Positions 37,755 to 46,675 are shown, counted from the first letter of the stretch. The stretch is 48,788 nt of DNA from an uncultured Dehalococcoidales bacterium (GCA_964648615.1 CAZYNG010000001.1:1-48788); one strand, 5' to 3'. The notes: generated from the sequence alone by a model not told the origin. A program made the numbers and translations.

Positions 37755-38966
37755 TTTTTCCTCCTCATCCTTAGTGGTAACCTCGCCGTTCAATTTTGCC
37801 TTGTGCAATATCTCGAGGATTTCTCCCAACTTTGTTCCTGCAGGGATGCCCAGTCTTTGAAGGTCCTCCCCATTAAGACAAGACTTTACATAACGTAATT
37901 TAGAAAGGAAAAGTTGAAGGTGCTGACAAATCACGGGCTTGTCTTCGGCTATAATGTTAGCCTTAATGGCTAATGGGTCATATTCATGAAGGAAGTAATA
38001 AATATCGCTGGGCTTCAAAGATGGTTTATTTAATTGAGTAAGGTGCAGCTTGAGTCGAGCGGTATCCTTCAATGTCTTGGTTAGCTTTGCTGATGGGTTA
38101 AGACGGCTTACCAACTGGTTAAGCTGCTCCCCATTGAGTGGGTAGGCAAGAAGACAAAAATAAAGTGCTGGAAGTTCATTTGGCTTACCTAATCGGCGTG
38201 CATCATCAAATTTAGCAGCGAGCCATTCATTGCCACCAAGGGAATGGTTTATCCTTTGTAATGCTCCCAAATCTCCAAGTCGCTTAATGGCATGTTCAGG
38301 ATGTTCCTCTCTGAAGATTAACTCCAGTTCGTGCCTTATTCGGTCGCCACTTATAGTATCCAACATGGAAATATCTCGCTTGAGTAATCGGGCGGTCTTG
38401 CGCTCAAGATTGAATCCTAATCGTTGTTCATAGCGTATCGCTCGTAAAATTCTGGTAGCATCATCGCTGAAACTATCAGGGTGCAGGATACGGATGAGAT
38501 GTGAATGTAGGTCATCTTTGCCATGATGAGGGTCAAGTAGCTGTCCATAATCTTCAGCGGTGAGGGATATTGCCATGGCATTGATGGAGAAATCTCTGCG
38601 GAAGAGGTCCTTTTCAATACTGCTTGGCGTGACTGTAGGTAGTGCACCAGGTCTGGCGTAAGTTTCGCTTCTGGCAGTCGCGATATCTATCGCAAAGTCA
38701 CCGCTGTTGATTTTAGCAGTGCTGAAGCGTGGATGTATCACCAATCCTGCCTCGCTGATTCTAGCTATTCGATTAGCTAGTTCGACAGCATCGCCCTCGG
38801 TTACCAGATCAAGGTCGAAATTAGGATAGCCTAGCAGTAAATCTCGCACTATACCCCCGACAAGGTAAACTCTTTGTCCTAGCTTGCTAGCCTCCTTGGA
38901 GGTATCACGAAGTAACTCAAGGAGTTCCTTGGGAAAGTAGCTCTTAACTTTTGAGGCTAAATTCAC
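37731..38966 (-). CDS. cca: CCA-adding tRNA nucleotidyltransferase (class II PolyA polymerase/CCA family)
   Basis: 411-aa ORF with a GTG start. It has the head-domain motifs YLVGGIVRDLLLG..DLDLV, RDF.INA and the neck RxxR..R. The window's tRNA-Ala lacks an encoded CCA, which is consistent. Confidence 0.85.
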   Translation of the reverse strand: MNLASKVKSYFPKELLELLRDTSKEASKLGQRVYLVGGIVRDLLLGYPNFDLDLVTEGDAVELANRIARISEAGLVIHPRFSTAKINSGDFAIDIATARSETYARPGALPTVTPSSIEKDLFRRDFSINAMAISLTAEDYGQLLDPHHGKDDLHSHLIRILHPDSFSDDATRILRAIRYEQRLGFNLERKTARLLKRDISMLDTISGDRIRHELELIFREEHPEHAIKRLGDLGALQRINHSLGGNEWLAAKFDDARRLGKPNELPALYFCLLAYPLNGEQLNQLVSRLNPSAKLTKTLKDTARLKLHLTQLNKPSLKPSDIYYFLHEYDPLAIKANIIAEDKPVICQHLQLFLSKLRYVKSCLNGEDLQRLGIPAGTKLGEILEILHKAKLNGEVTTKDEEEKLAQRLRP

Positions 38967-38984
38967 GGTTGGACTGGTTCTGGG

Positions 38985-41411
38985 CTATGCCTTTACCGGC
39001 TCTGCTTTGGTAAAACTCAGCTCTTCTGCTTCGACGCTGATAGCTACGGTATCTCCTTCCTTAAAATCGCCCCGCAGTATCTTTGTTGAGAGAGGGTTTT
39101 CCACATAGCGTTGAATAGCACGCCGTAGCGGACGAGCCCCATATTCAGGATTGTAGCCTTTGTTTATTAGCCATGATTTGGCTTCATTGTTTACCTGTAG
39201 CGCAATATTGTGTTCGGCGAGACGCTGTTCCACCTCCTTAAGCAACAAGTCGATAATTTTCGCCAGATGTTGCTCAGTTAAAATGTGAAAGATGATGATG
39301 TCGTCTACCCGGTTAAGTAACTCAGGGCGGAAGGTGCTCCTTAGCGCAGTTTCGATATTGCTTCTTAACTGTTGCTCTTCATCTTTGTCACTCTGGCGGA
39401 ATCCTACACTTTGTCGACGGAATTCCTCTGTTCCCAGGTTGCTGGTCATAATAACGACGGCATTTTTGAAATCCACAGTTCTACCATGCCCGTCGGTGAG
39501 CCTGCCATCCTCCAATATTTGCAACAGGATATTAAATACTTCTGGATGTGCCTTTTCCACCTCATCGAGTAGGATGACTCGATAGGGTCGGCGACGCACC
39601 GTCTCTGTTAATTGTCCTCCTTCTTCATATCCTATATACCCTGGAGGTGCTCCAATGAGGCGTGATACGGTATGCTTCTCCATGTACTCTGACATATCGA
39701 GCCTTACCATGGCGTTCTCGTCGTCGAACAGAAATTCAGCTAGGGCTCGAGCTAGCTCGGTCTTGCCTACCCCGGTAGGTCCCAGAAAAATAAAGCTACC
39801 TATGGGACGTTTGGGGTCTTTGAGGCCAGCCCTGCCTCGCCTTATTGCCTCACAGACAGTAACCACAGCTTCCTCCTGATTTACTATCCTCTGGTGAATC
39901 CTCTCTTCCATCTGGACCAATTTCTCACTCTCGGTCTCAAGCATTCGTGAAACGGGAATCCCGGTCCATTGTGAGATAAGTTGGGCGATATCCTCTTCGT
40001 TAACTACAGCGTCTGTCTTTATTCCTTGAAGCCATTTCGTTTTGGCTTCGTCATATTTCGGCTCCAACTGCAATCTTTCCGCTCTCAGTTCCGCTGCTTG
40101 TTCATAATCCCCGCGCTGTGAAGCGGCCTGTTCCTCATCAAGCAAACGCTTGACCTTCTGTTCCAGTTCGCTGACCTCTGGGGGAGCGGTTTCCTGGTCA
40201 ATACGTAACTTGCTGGCAGCTTCATCAATGAGGTCAATGGCCTTATCGGGCAAAAACCTATCAGTAATGTAGCGTTGACTGAGCTTTGCTGCTGCCACTA
40301 AGGCCGAATCATCGATTTTTATCTTGTGGTGAGCTTCGTATCTCGGCTTTAGACCCTTAAGCATCTCTATGGTATCATCGGCACTTGGTTCATCGATAAA
40401 AACGGGTTGAAAACGCCGTTCCAATGCTTTGTCCTTTTCAATGTGCTCGCGATATTCGTTCAGAGTGGTAGCTCCAATGCATTGAAGCTCGCCTCGAGAT
40501 AAGGCTGGCTTGAGCATATTACTGGCATCAATTGCTCCTTCGGCACCACCGGCACCTACCACAGTATGGAGCTCATCAATGAACAGAATTACCTCTCCGC
40601 TTGCGTGGCGAATTTCGTCAAGAACTGCTTTCAGCCTTTCTTCGAATTCGCCTCGAAACTTACTTCCTGCTACCAGCGCTCCCATGTCCAGGGCGACTAC
40701 CCTTTTCCCTTTAAGTGACTTAGGGACATCTTCAGCGGCAATTCTCTGGGCCAGACCCTCAGCAATAGCTGTCTTGCCCACGCCAGCATCGCCAATCACC
40801 ACGGGATTATTTTTGGTTCGTCGGGAGAGTATCTGTATTACTCGTTTGATTTCCCTTTCTCTGCCAATCACAGGGTCCAGCTTGCCGTGTCGGGCTAACT
40901 GGGTGAGGTCGTGCCCGTATTTTCCCAGGGAGCGATACTTGCTTTCAGCACGGCGGTCGGTAACTCGGTGGGCACCACGAATGCGGCGCAGGGCCTGGTA
41001 TATTTTTTCCTGGGTGATACCCAACTCCGCCAGGATTTTGCTGGCATCACCCTTGCCCTCACCGGCGATGGCGATGAGCAGATGTTCAGTGCTGACGAAC
41101 TCGTCCTTTAACCTATCGGCTTCACGAGCGGCGTCCTCCATTAGTTGAGAAATACGCGGCGTAGTATAAATTTGTGCCCCTACGTAATTTATTTGGGGAT
41201 AGTTTCGTAATGTCTTGTCCACACGACTTTTGACTTCCTCCGCATCTATACTGAGTTCATCCAATATTTGGTGGGTTATTCCTTTTTCCTGTTCGAGCAG
41301 AGCTAGCAAGATATGTTCTACATCCCATTGGCTATGTCGATAGCGGCGGACTAGCTCCTGTGATGCTGCTAGAGCCTCCTGTGCTTGCTCGGTAAATCTT
41401 TCCATCGCCAT
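38985..41411 (-). CDS. clpC: ATP-dependent Clp protease ATP-binding subunit ClpC
   Basis: 808-aa ORF with N-terminal Clp repeat domains and two AAA+ modules (Walker [10 protein letters not shown] and GPTGVGKTE). The short middle domain carries a UVR-like motif ([18 protein letters not shown]), which favours ClpC over ClpB. Confidence 0.92.
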   Translation of the reverse strand: MAMERFTEQAQEALAASQELVRRYRHSQWDVEHILLALLEQEKGITHQILDELSIDAEEVKSRVDKTLRNYPQINYVGAQIYTTPRISQLMEDAAREADRLKDEFVSTEHLLIAIAGEGKGDASKILAELGITQEKIYQALRRIRGAHRVTDRRAESKYRSLGKYGHDLTQLARHGKLDPVIGREREIKRVIQILSRRTKNNPVVIGDAGVGKTAIAEGLAQRIAAEDVPKSLKGKRVVALDMGALVAGSKFRGEFEERLKAVLDEIRHASGEVILFIDELHTVVGAGGAEGAIDASNMLKPALSRGELQCIGATTLNEYREHIEKDKALERRFQPVFIDEPSADDTIEMLKGLKPRYEAHHKIKIDDSALVAAAKLSQRYITDRFLPDKAIDLIDEAASKLRIDQETAPPEVSELEQKVKRLLDEEQAASQRGDYEQAAELRAERLQLEPKYDEAKTKWLQGIKTDAVVNEEDIAQLISQWTGIPVSRMLETESEKLVQMEERIHQRIVNQEEAVVTVCEAIRRGRAGLKDPKRPIGSFIFLGPTGVGKTELARALAEFLFDDENAMVRLDMSEYMEKHTVSRLIGAPPGYIGYEEGGQLTETVRRRPYRVILLDEVEKAHPEVFNILLQILEDGRLTDGHGRTVDFKNAVVIMTSNLGTEEFRRQSVGFRQSDKDEEQQLRSNIETALRSTFRPELLNRVDDIIIFHILTEQHLAKIIDLLLKEVEQRLAEHNIALQVNNEAKSWLINKGYNPEYGARPLRRAIQRYVENPLSTKILRGDFKEGDTVAISVEAEELSFTKAEPVKA

Positions 41412-41447
41412 TGAGGGTCTCCTCTCGTTACGTTAAAATACAATGTA

Positions 41448-41476
41448 ATTATAGTCAAGGGCAGACCTTTTAGCAA
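41448..41476 (-). promoter_or_regulatory. candidate clpC promoter
   Basis: On the minus strand: TTGCTA (41476..41471), a 17-nt spacer, then TATAAT (41453..41448). It lies about 37 nt upstream of the clpC ATG, with a GAGAGGAG RBS in between. Confidence 0.4.
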
Positions 41477-41481
41477 AAGGT
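41465..41481. promoter_or_regulatory. perfect 7-3-7 palindrome ACCTTTT-agc-AAAAGGT centred on the clpC -35 element (operator candidate or weak terminator of the upstream NUDIX gene)
   Basis: Read directly from the sequence. The arms are exact reverse complements, and the centre coincides with the TTGCTA -35 hexamer. Confidence 0.35.
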
Positions 41482-41530
41482 AATCAAAGTCAAAGCCGAG
41501 GAAACCAAGAGCAAGAAGTAGATAGTTATG

Positions 41531-42097
41531 CTATAAACCTTCCTGTTGCAATAACTCCACAAATTGTCTGACGATATAGGCTGTAGCCCCCCAGACAACA
41601 TGTCCTTGATATTCATAGAAGTAGACGGGGAAAGTTTGCCCGTTGATGGTTGCATATTCCTGGTTAAAATTCCTCCTGTCCATCAATGCTGATAGAGGAA
41701 TGGAGAAAATTTGCTGTACCTCATCAGGATTTGCTTTAAAGGGGTAAGGATAGGGGATGAAGGCTACAAAAGGGGAGATAACGCAACCACTGGTGACAGT
41801 GATGGCATCGTCCAGTTCGCCCAGAATTTCTCCGTCTTTCTTGGCTAAGCCTATCTCTTCTTCGGCTTCTCTTAAAGCGGTGCTGATAAGGCTAACGTCA
41901 CCTGGCTGGCGGATTCCCCCGGGGAAGCATGCTTCCCCTTGATGGAAGTTTACTCCCCCACTCCTCTCGGTAAATAGAAGGTGGTACTCTCCGTGGGCAT
42001 AAAATAAAGGGACAAGCACCGCTGAGGGAATTAAATCCTTGTTATTGATCCTTTTCTTGTGATAGTGACTGAGAATTCGCTTGATTTTCTGTTTCAT
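41531..42097 (-). CDS. NUDIX hydrolase, CoA pyrophosphatase-like
   Basis: 188-aa ORF with the Nudix box GGIRQPGDVSLISTALREAEEEIGL, preceded by the CoA-pyrophosphatase-type motif LLFTERS......H.GE.CFPGG. Confidence 0.85.
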   Translation of the reverse strand: MKQKIKRILSHYHKKRINNKDLIPSAVLVPLFYAHGEYHLLFTERSGGVNFHQGEACFPGGIRQPGDVSLISTALREAEEEIGLAKKDGEILGELDDAITVTSGCVISPFVAFIPYPYPFKANPDEVQQIFSIPLSALMDRRNFNQEYATINGQTFPVYFYEYQGHVVWGATAYIVRQFVELLQQEGL

Positions 42098-42178
42098 TAC
42101 TTTAGGATTATAGCATGTATAAAATTTGCTAATGCATAAACTAAAGAGCTATACTAAAAGTTTGGGGGTTAAACACTT

Positions 42179-43252
42179 ATGGCGGTAAAACGCGATTATT
42201 ATGAAGTGCTTGGAGTGCCTCGGAATGCTACTGAGGAAGAGATCAAGAGGGCATTTCGTAAGTTAGCTTTTCAATACCACCCCGACCATAACAAAGAATC
42301 TGGGGCAGAAGAGAGGTTCAAGGAGATAAGTGAGGCTTACCAGGTTCTTTTCGATGCCGAGAAGAGAGCTAATTATGACCGTTATGGTCGAGCTGAGGGA
42401 ATACAGGGTTTTCCTGACTTTGGTTTCGGTGGACTTGGTGATATTTTCGAATCGTTCTTCGGTTTTGGTGGAAGCCCATTTGGAGCTGCCACTGCCCAGC
42501 GTGCTTCACAGAGAGGAAGCGATCTGAGAGCATATATTACCCTTTCCTTTGAAGAGGCGGTTTTCGGTTGTAGCAAAGAAATTGAGGTAGAACGCGTCGA
42601 GAATTGCTCTTCATGCCGTGGCCTTGGCACCGAGCCAGGAACAAGTCCTCAAACTTGCCCTGAATGCCAGGGCACAGGGCAGGTAAGAAGGGTTCGCCAG
42701 AGTTTCTTTGGACGTTTTACTCATGTTACCAGCTGTCCCCGCTGTTCAGGCAGCGGGACAATAATAACTAATCCTTGCCGTCATTGTCGTGGAAGAGGGC
42801 GGGTAAAGGTGAAGAAGGAATTGGTGGTTGATATTCCCGCTGGCGTGGATGATAGCTATACCATGATTTTGAATGGCGAAGGCGACGTTGGCTTATATGG
42901 TGGCAGACCTGGTGACCTTTATGCCAGCCTCTCGGTAAAGCCCAGCAAGCTATTTCACAGAGAAGGAAGTGATATTTTTTATGAATTGCCCATTAATTTT
43001 GCCCAGGCTGCCCTGGGCGATGAAGTGGAAGTGCCTTCTCTGGATGGCAGAATAAAATTAGACATACCTTCAGGAACCCAGAATGGAAGGCCTTTCCGTC
43101 TCAAGGGGAAGGGAATAGCAAATGCTAATGGACGCGGCAAGGGAGACGAGGTTGTTATCGTTCGTGTAGTCACCCCGGAGCGTCTTGATAAGAAACAAAA
43201 GCGTCTTTTCCAGGAACTGGCTGAGATGTTATCTAAGCCTAAGCAGCCCTAG
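42179..43252 (+). CDS. dnaJ: molecular chaperone DnaJ
   Basis: 357-aa ORF with a J domain carrying HPD (YHPDHN), a G/F-rich linker, four CxxCxGxG zinc motifs and C-terminal substrate-binding domains. There is no adjacent dnaK or grpE. Confidence 0.95.
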   Translation: MAVKRDYYEVLGVPRNATEEEIKRAFRKLAFQYHPDHNKESGAEERFKEISEAYQVLFDAEKRANYDRYGRAEGIQGFPDFGFGGLGDIFESFFGFGGSPFGAATAQRASQRGSDLRAYITLSFEEAVFGCSKEIEVERVENCSSCRGLGTEPGTSPQTCPECQGTGQVRRVRQSFFGRFTHVTSCPRCSGSGTIITNPCRHCRGRGRVKVKKELVVDIPAGVDDSYTMILNGEGDVGLYGGRPGDLYASLSVKPSKLFHREGSDIFYELPINFAQAALGDEVEVPSLDGRIKLDIPSGTQNGRPFRLKGKGIANANGRGKGDEVVIVRVVTPERLDKKQKRLFQELAEMLSKPKQP

Positions 43253-43455
43253 AACGATTCTGGGGATTAAATAGTGCCGGCGAAGGAAAGAATCTACGTG
43301 CCGGCTAAGCGTATTCTGCTTTACACGTCAAGTTGCGTCTCAAATTACGGAGATCATAGATAACCGCAAAAGCTCTTCTAATTCACCCTCACCTGCAGGG
43401 AGTCAGGGGGAGGGAGATCAAAGGAATTCTAAGAAAGTTATGCTGAGGACTGTAA

Positions 43456-43753
43456 ATCACAGTTGAGAAGGGGAAACTTTACCGCTGGATAGATGTATTT
43501 AGTGTGGTAGTTAACGCTCTAGTGCAAGGTCGAGGGCCGAATGAGGTTACCGATCTAGCATTGGGTGAAATCGCTAAAGTTAGTGGGGTTAACTGCTGCT
43601 GGCTACAACTGGTTGATGAAAAAAGCAGCTGGCTGTGTAACAGCACCAAGACTCAGGCTGTGGTACGGGGTATTAAAATACCAGCCAAAACAGTACCAAT
43701 GGGTGATTCATAAAACGGAGAGTATCCGTCACTATATGAGTATAGTTGAATAG
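43456..43753 (+). pseudogene. truncated, frameshifted GAF-domain fragment (remnant of a sensor protein gene)
   Basis: The open frame 43456-43713 lacks a credible start and reads like a linker helix entering a GAF domain (..EVTDLALGEIAKVSGVNCCWLQLVDEKSS..). After its stop, the +1 frame continues with the GAF-like QWVIHKTESIRHY up to 43753. No kinase or output domain follows. This rests on pattern recognition only. Confidence 0.35.
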
Positions 43754-43771
43754 TATTGGAGGTTCACTAGT

Positions 43772-43987
43772 ATGCCTGTAACAATAAACGGTCAAACATA
43801 TTATAGAACCGTCGAAGTTTGTCGGACAGTTGGTATAAGCAAAAGTACCTTATTTCGCTGGCTCAAGCAGGGCATATTGAACAAGTGTGAGCGCAGGGAT
43901 AGGAGAGGATGGAGACTATTTACCAGGGATGAAATAGACGGATTGAAGAGAGAGGTCAACCAGATAAATAAAGCTGGAGGTTTGTAG
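43772..43987 (+). CDS. small helix-turn-helix DNA-binding protein (MerR/excisionase HTH_17-like)
   Basis: 71-aa ORF with GGAGG 9 nt upstream. The pattern YYRTVEVCRTVGISKSTLFRWLKQGIL....RD.RGWR.FTRDEI matches excisionase/MerR-type HTH followed by a wing. Its last 18 codons belong to direct repeat copy 1. Confidence 0.75.
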   Translation: MPVTINGQTYYRTVEVCRTVGISKSTLFRWLKQGILNKCERRDRRGWRLFTRDEIDGLKREVNQINKAGGL

Positions 43988-44024
43988 AATTGCACCAAGA
44001 GGTTGCTGAAGTTAAGAAGGAGGC
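43933..44024. repeat. direct repeat copy 1 (92 bp)
   Basis: By hand alignment to 45608-45699, 84 of 92 positions are identical, with a perfect 49-bp core at 43951-43999. It covers the HTH gene 3' end, its stop codon and the leader and RBS of the response regulator. Confidence 0.9.
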
Positions 44025-44030
44025 GAGAAA

Positions 44031-44426
44031 ATGAGCAAGCGCATACTGGTAATTGACGATGAGGAAACCATAAGAAAATTATTTGTTGCAGCGCTTAAAG
44101 ACACGCCATATGAAGTAGATACGGCCAACTCGGGTGAGCAAGGGATCGAGTTGGAACAAAAGACTAGATATGACTTGGTATTTCTTGACCTTAAGATGCC
44201 CGGTTTAAACGGTGTTGAAACTTTGCGCAGGCTATGGGAACTTGACCCAGGTATACCTGTTTACATCATAACAGCTTTTCACAAAGAGTTTTTGGATGAA
44301 CTCGGAAGTGCCGCGGAAGACGGAATAAGTTTTGAGATTCTTCATAAGCCGTTCGGTGCTGACGAGATTAATCTGCTTGTAAGAAGCGTACTAGAAGGGT
44401 CGGTAGGATTTCAACAAATGGGATGA
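44031..44426 (+). CDS. receiver-only (CheY-like) response regulator
   Basis: 131-aa ORF with AGGAGG upstream and the receiver residues D9/D10, D53 (FLDLKMPG), T81 and K106 (HKPF). It has no output domain. Confidence 0.9.
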   Translation: MSKRILVIDDEETIRKLFVAALKDTPYEVDTANSGEQGIELEQKTRYDLVFLDLKMPGLNGVETLRRLWELDPGIPVYIITAFHKEFLDELGSAAEDGISFEILHKPFGADEINLLVRSVLEGSVGFQQMG

Positions 44427-44532
44427 ATCCCATGTATGAATTCAGGCTTCTGCTCGATGTCATCTCATTTAGGGTTAAGAGCTCTCAGATTAGCTCAAAG
44501 TTGAGGGTTATTAAAACTGCAGGGGTAATAGA

Positions 44533-45612
44533 ATGCAAATAGATGAACTCCTAAAACTAACGGTAGACAAAGGTGCCACTGATTTGCATCTCAAGGTGCC
44601 AAGCCCACCGGTGCTACGCATTGATGGTATGCTTATCCTTCAAGAAGATTTGCCACCACTTACAGTTGAAGATATCGAATTCGTATTTGAACAAGTTACT
44701 ATTCAAGAGCAGAGGGATGCTTTCGTTAGAGAACGTGAGCTAGATTTTGCTTACTCTGTTCCTGGCTTAGCCCGATTCCGGGTTAGCGCACTGCGGCAAA
44801 GAGGCACAGTGAGCTTGGCCTTCCGGCTCGTCTCAATTAAAGTTCCTTCCATTGATGAATTAGGACTGCCTCAAATTTGTAAGGAGCTTATGCTCAAGCC
44901 AAACGGGCTTATCCTGGTTACTGGCCCTTCTGGCAGTGGCAAGTCGACTACCCTGGCAGCGATGATCAATTATCTCAATGAAAATAAGATGCGGAATGTC
45001 ATTACCATTGAAGACCCGATTGAATACTTATTCCGCGACCGAAAATGTATCATACATCAGCGGGAGTTAGGGACAGACACTAGGTCCTTTTCCACAGCAT
45101 TAATACACGCCCTCCGGCACGACCCGGATGTAATTGTCATCGGAGAGATGCGTGACTTATCCACGATAACTACAGCTATCACAGCGGCCGAGACGGGGCA
45201 CCTGGTGCTTGGCACACTACATACGATCGACGCTGCTCAGAGTATTGATCGTTTAATTGATGTATTCCCAGCAACGCAGCAACGGCAAATCAGGCTACAG
45301 TTGTCACAAGTATTAGAGGCGGTATTATCGCAGAGGCTCTTATCCCGTATTGGGGGAGGGCGAATAGCTGCCGTTGAAATTATGATTGTTAACAGCGTGA
45401 TCAGGACACTCGTCCGTGAGGAGAAGCTCTTCGAAATAACCCCTTGTATCGAAATGTCTACCGGAGCCGGCATGCAGACTATGGAACAGGCGGTGACCGA
45501 CCTGGTAAAGAGGAACATAGTTTCCCAAGAAGAAGCCATGATGCAAATCAGCGGCCCGATAGGACTTCAGCAATTACTTCAAAGTGGAGCCCGTTTACTG
45601 AAGAGGGAATAG
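44533..45612 (+). CDS. pilT: type IV pilus twitching-motility ATPase PilT family protein
   Basis: 359-aa ORF with the N-terminal pattern (L......GA.DLHL....PP..RI.G.L), Walker A GPSGSGKST, the Asp box, Walker B IVIGEMRD, the His box GHLVLGTLHT and an AIRNLIRE-like VIRTLVRE. Confidence 0.9.
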   Translation: MQIDELLKLTVDKGATDLHLKVPSPPVLRIDGMLILQEDLPPLTVEDIEFVFEQVTIQEQRDAFVRERELDFAYSVPGLARFRVSALRQRGTVSLAFRLVSIKVPSIDELGLPQICKELMLKPNGLILVTGPSGSGKSTTLAAMINYLNENKMRNVITIEDPIEYLFRDRKCIIHQRELGTDTRSFSTALIHALRHDPDVIVIGEMRDLSTITTAITAAETGHLVLGTLHTIDAAQSIDRLIDVFPATQQRQIRLQLSQVLEAVLSQRLLSRIGGGRIAAVEIMIVNSVIRTLVREEKLFEITPCIEMSTGAGMQTMEQAVTDLVKRNIVSQEEAMMQISGPIGLQQLLQSGARLLKRE

Positions 45613-45699
45613 ATAGATTGAATAAAGAGGTCAACCAGATAAATAAAGCTGGAGGTTTGTAGAATTGCACCAAGGGATTGCTGAAATTAAGAAGAAGGC
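45608..45699. repeat. direct repeat copy 2 (92 bp)
   Basis: Matches 43933-44024 with a perfect core at 45626-45674. It starts in the last sense codon of pilT and lies in the pilT/gpsA convergent spacer. No intact gene follows it. Confidence 0.9.
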
Positions 45700-45714
45700 T
45701 GATGGAATACCTGG

Positions 45715-46668
45715 CTAGTCTTTTATTGCTTTGCTGAAGCTTGCAATTAGCTCAGTTGCCGGCTTGTTCTGGAACAGAATGTCATGGATAATTTCTGCTA
45801 TCGGGGCTTCCAGGCTGAGTTTCTTGGTTAGCTGATGAACCGCTAAAGTGGTGGTCACCCCTTCAGCAACTTGTGGCATGGAGGTGGATATCTCAGCCAG
45901 GGAATGTCCTTTGGCCAACTGATAACCAACATAGTGATTGCGACTTAAAGTGCTAGCGCAGGTAGCTATTAAATCACCCAAACCAGCTAGCCCATAAAAT
46001 GTGTCCTTCTTAGCGCCCAAGGCCAATCCCAGGGAAACAACCTCATTCCAGCTCAAAGCAACAAAAGCAGCCTTGGCATTATCGCCTAGTCCTAATCCAT
46101 CGATCATTCCGGCGCCCAGAGCAATAATGTTTTTCAATGCTCCGCTTAGCTCTACACCAGCAACGTCATCAGTGGTAAATATGAGGAATCGGGGTGACCG
46201 GAGCAAATCCTTCGCCTTTTTGGCAGTGATGATGTCTTGAGCAGCAAGTACTGAGGCGGCCGGCAGTCCCTGAGCAATTTCCTTTGCCAGGTTGGGGCCG
46301 GAGAGAACGCAGATCTGCTTTTTCAGGGGAGGAACTTCTTCTTCGATTATCTGGGACATTCTTTTGCCGCTATCTACCTCCAATCCTTTGGCGGCGCTCA
46401 TTAATATCGTTCTGTTGTTCAGATGATGTTTAATATGGGTGATGTTTTCCCTGAATTTCTGGGAAGGAACTGCCAGCATTACCAGCTCAGTTCCGTCGGT
46501 GGCTTCTGCAATGTCACTTGTGGTGGTATAACTATGTTTCTCGTGGTTTAACTGCTCAGCTTCGCCTTCACTTCTTGCCCACAGCGTTACTGTTACGCCG
46601 TTATTGCTTAACAAAGTTCCTAGAGTATTGCCCCAGGTGGTATTACCTATGATGGTGGCTTTAGCCAT
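45715..46668 (-). CDS. gpsA: NAD(P)H-dependent glycerol-3-phosphate dehydrogenase
   Basis: 317-aa ORF with an N-terminal Rossmann motif (IIGNTTWGNTLG), the GPNLA.E motif, and the GALKN..A...G pattern. Confidence 0.93.
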   Translation of the reverse strand: MAKATIIGNTTWGNTLGTLLSNNGVTVTLWARSEGEAEQLNHEKHSYTTTSDIAEATDGTELVMLAVPSQKFRENITHIKHHLNNRTILMSAAKGLEVDSGKRMSQIIEEEVPPLKKQICVLSGPNLAKEIAQGLPAASVLAAQDIITAKKAKDLLRSPRFLIFTTDDVAGVELSGALKNIIALGAGMIDGLGLGDNAKAAFVALSWNEVVSLGLALGAKKDTFYGLAGLGDLIATCASTLSRNHYVGYQLAKGHSLAEISTSMPQVAEGVTTTLAVHQLTKKLSLEAPIAEIIHDILFQNKPATELIASFSKAIKD

Positions 46669-46675
46669 AATTTGG

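Noticed and set aside
40510-41148. 212-aa plus-strand ORF inside clpC, and similar long antisense ORFs (25405-25998 minus, 10036-10503 plus, 18023-18487 minus, 11362-11799 minus, 4092-4529 plus, 6807-7214 plus, 20671-21099 plus)
   Set aside because: All are fully embedded opposite strongly supported genes. Their composition is Ser/Pro/Ala/Leu-biased, they have no RBS and I recognise no motifs. They are typical shadow ORFs.
41454-41495. CtsR-like repeats (AGTCAAG, AATCAAAGTCAAAG) and possible CIRCE elements near clpC and dnaJ
   Set aside because: The TCAAAG units are adjacent rather than in the GGTCAAA-N3-GGTCAAA arrangement. No TTAGCACTC-N9-GAGTGCTAA element occurs upstream of clpC or dnaJ (42098-42178).
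43266-43312. GCCGGC...GCCGGC stem after dnaJ as an intrinsic terminator
   Set aside because: The stem is only a 6-bp self-complementary hexamer pair with a loop of about 18 nt and no U-tract. This is too weak to call.
45444-45662. 72-aa plus-strand ORF ending ..NKEVNQINKAGGL, resembling the C-terminus of the HTH protein
   Set aside because: It overlaps pilT out of frame for most of its length. Only its last 17 or so codons resemble the HTH protein, and that is because they fall in direct repeat copy 2. It has no HTH part, so it is not a paralogue.
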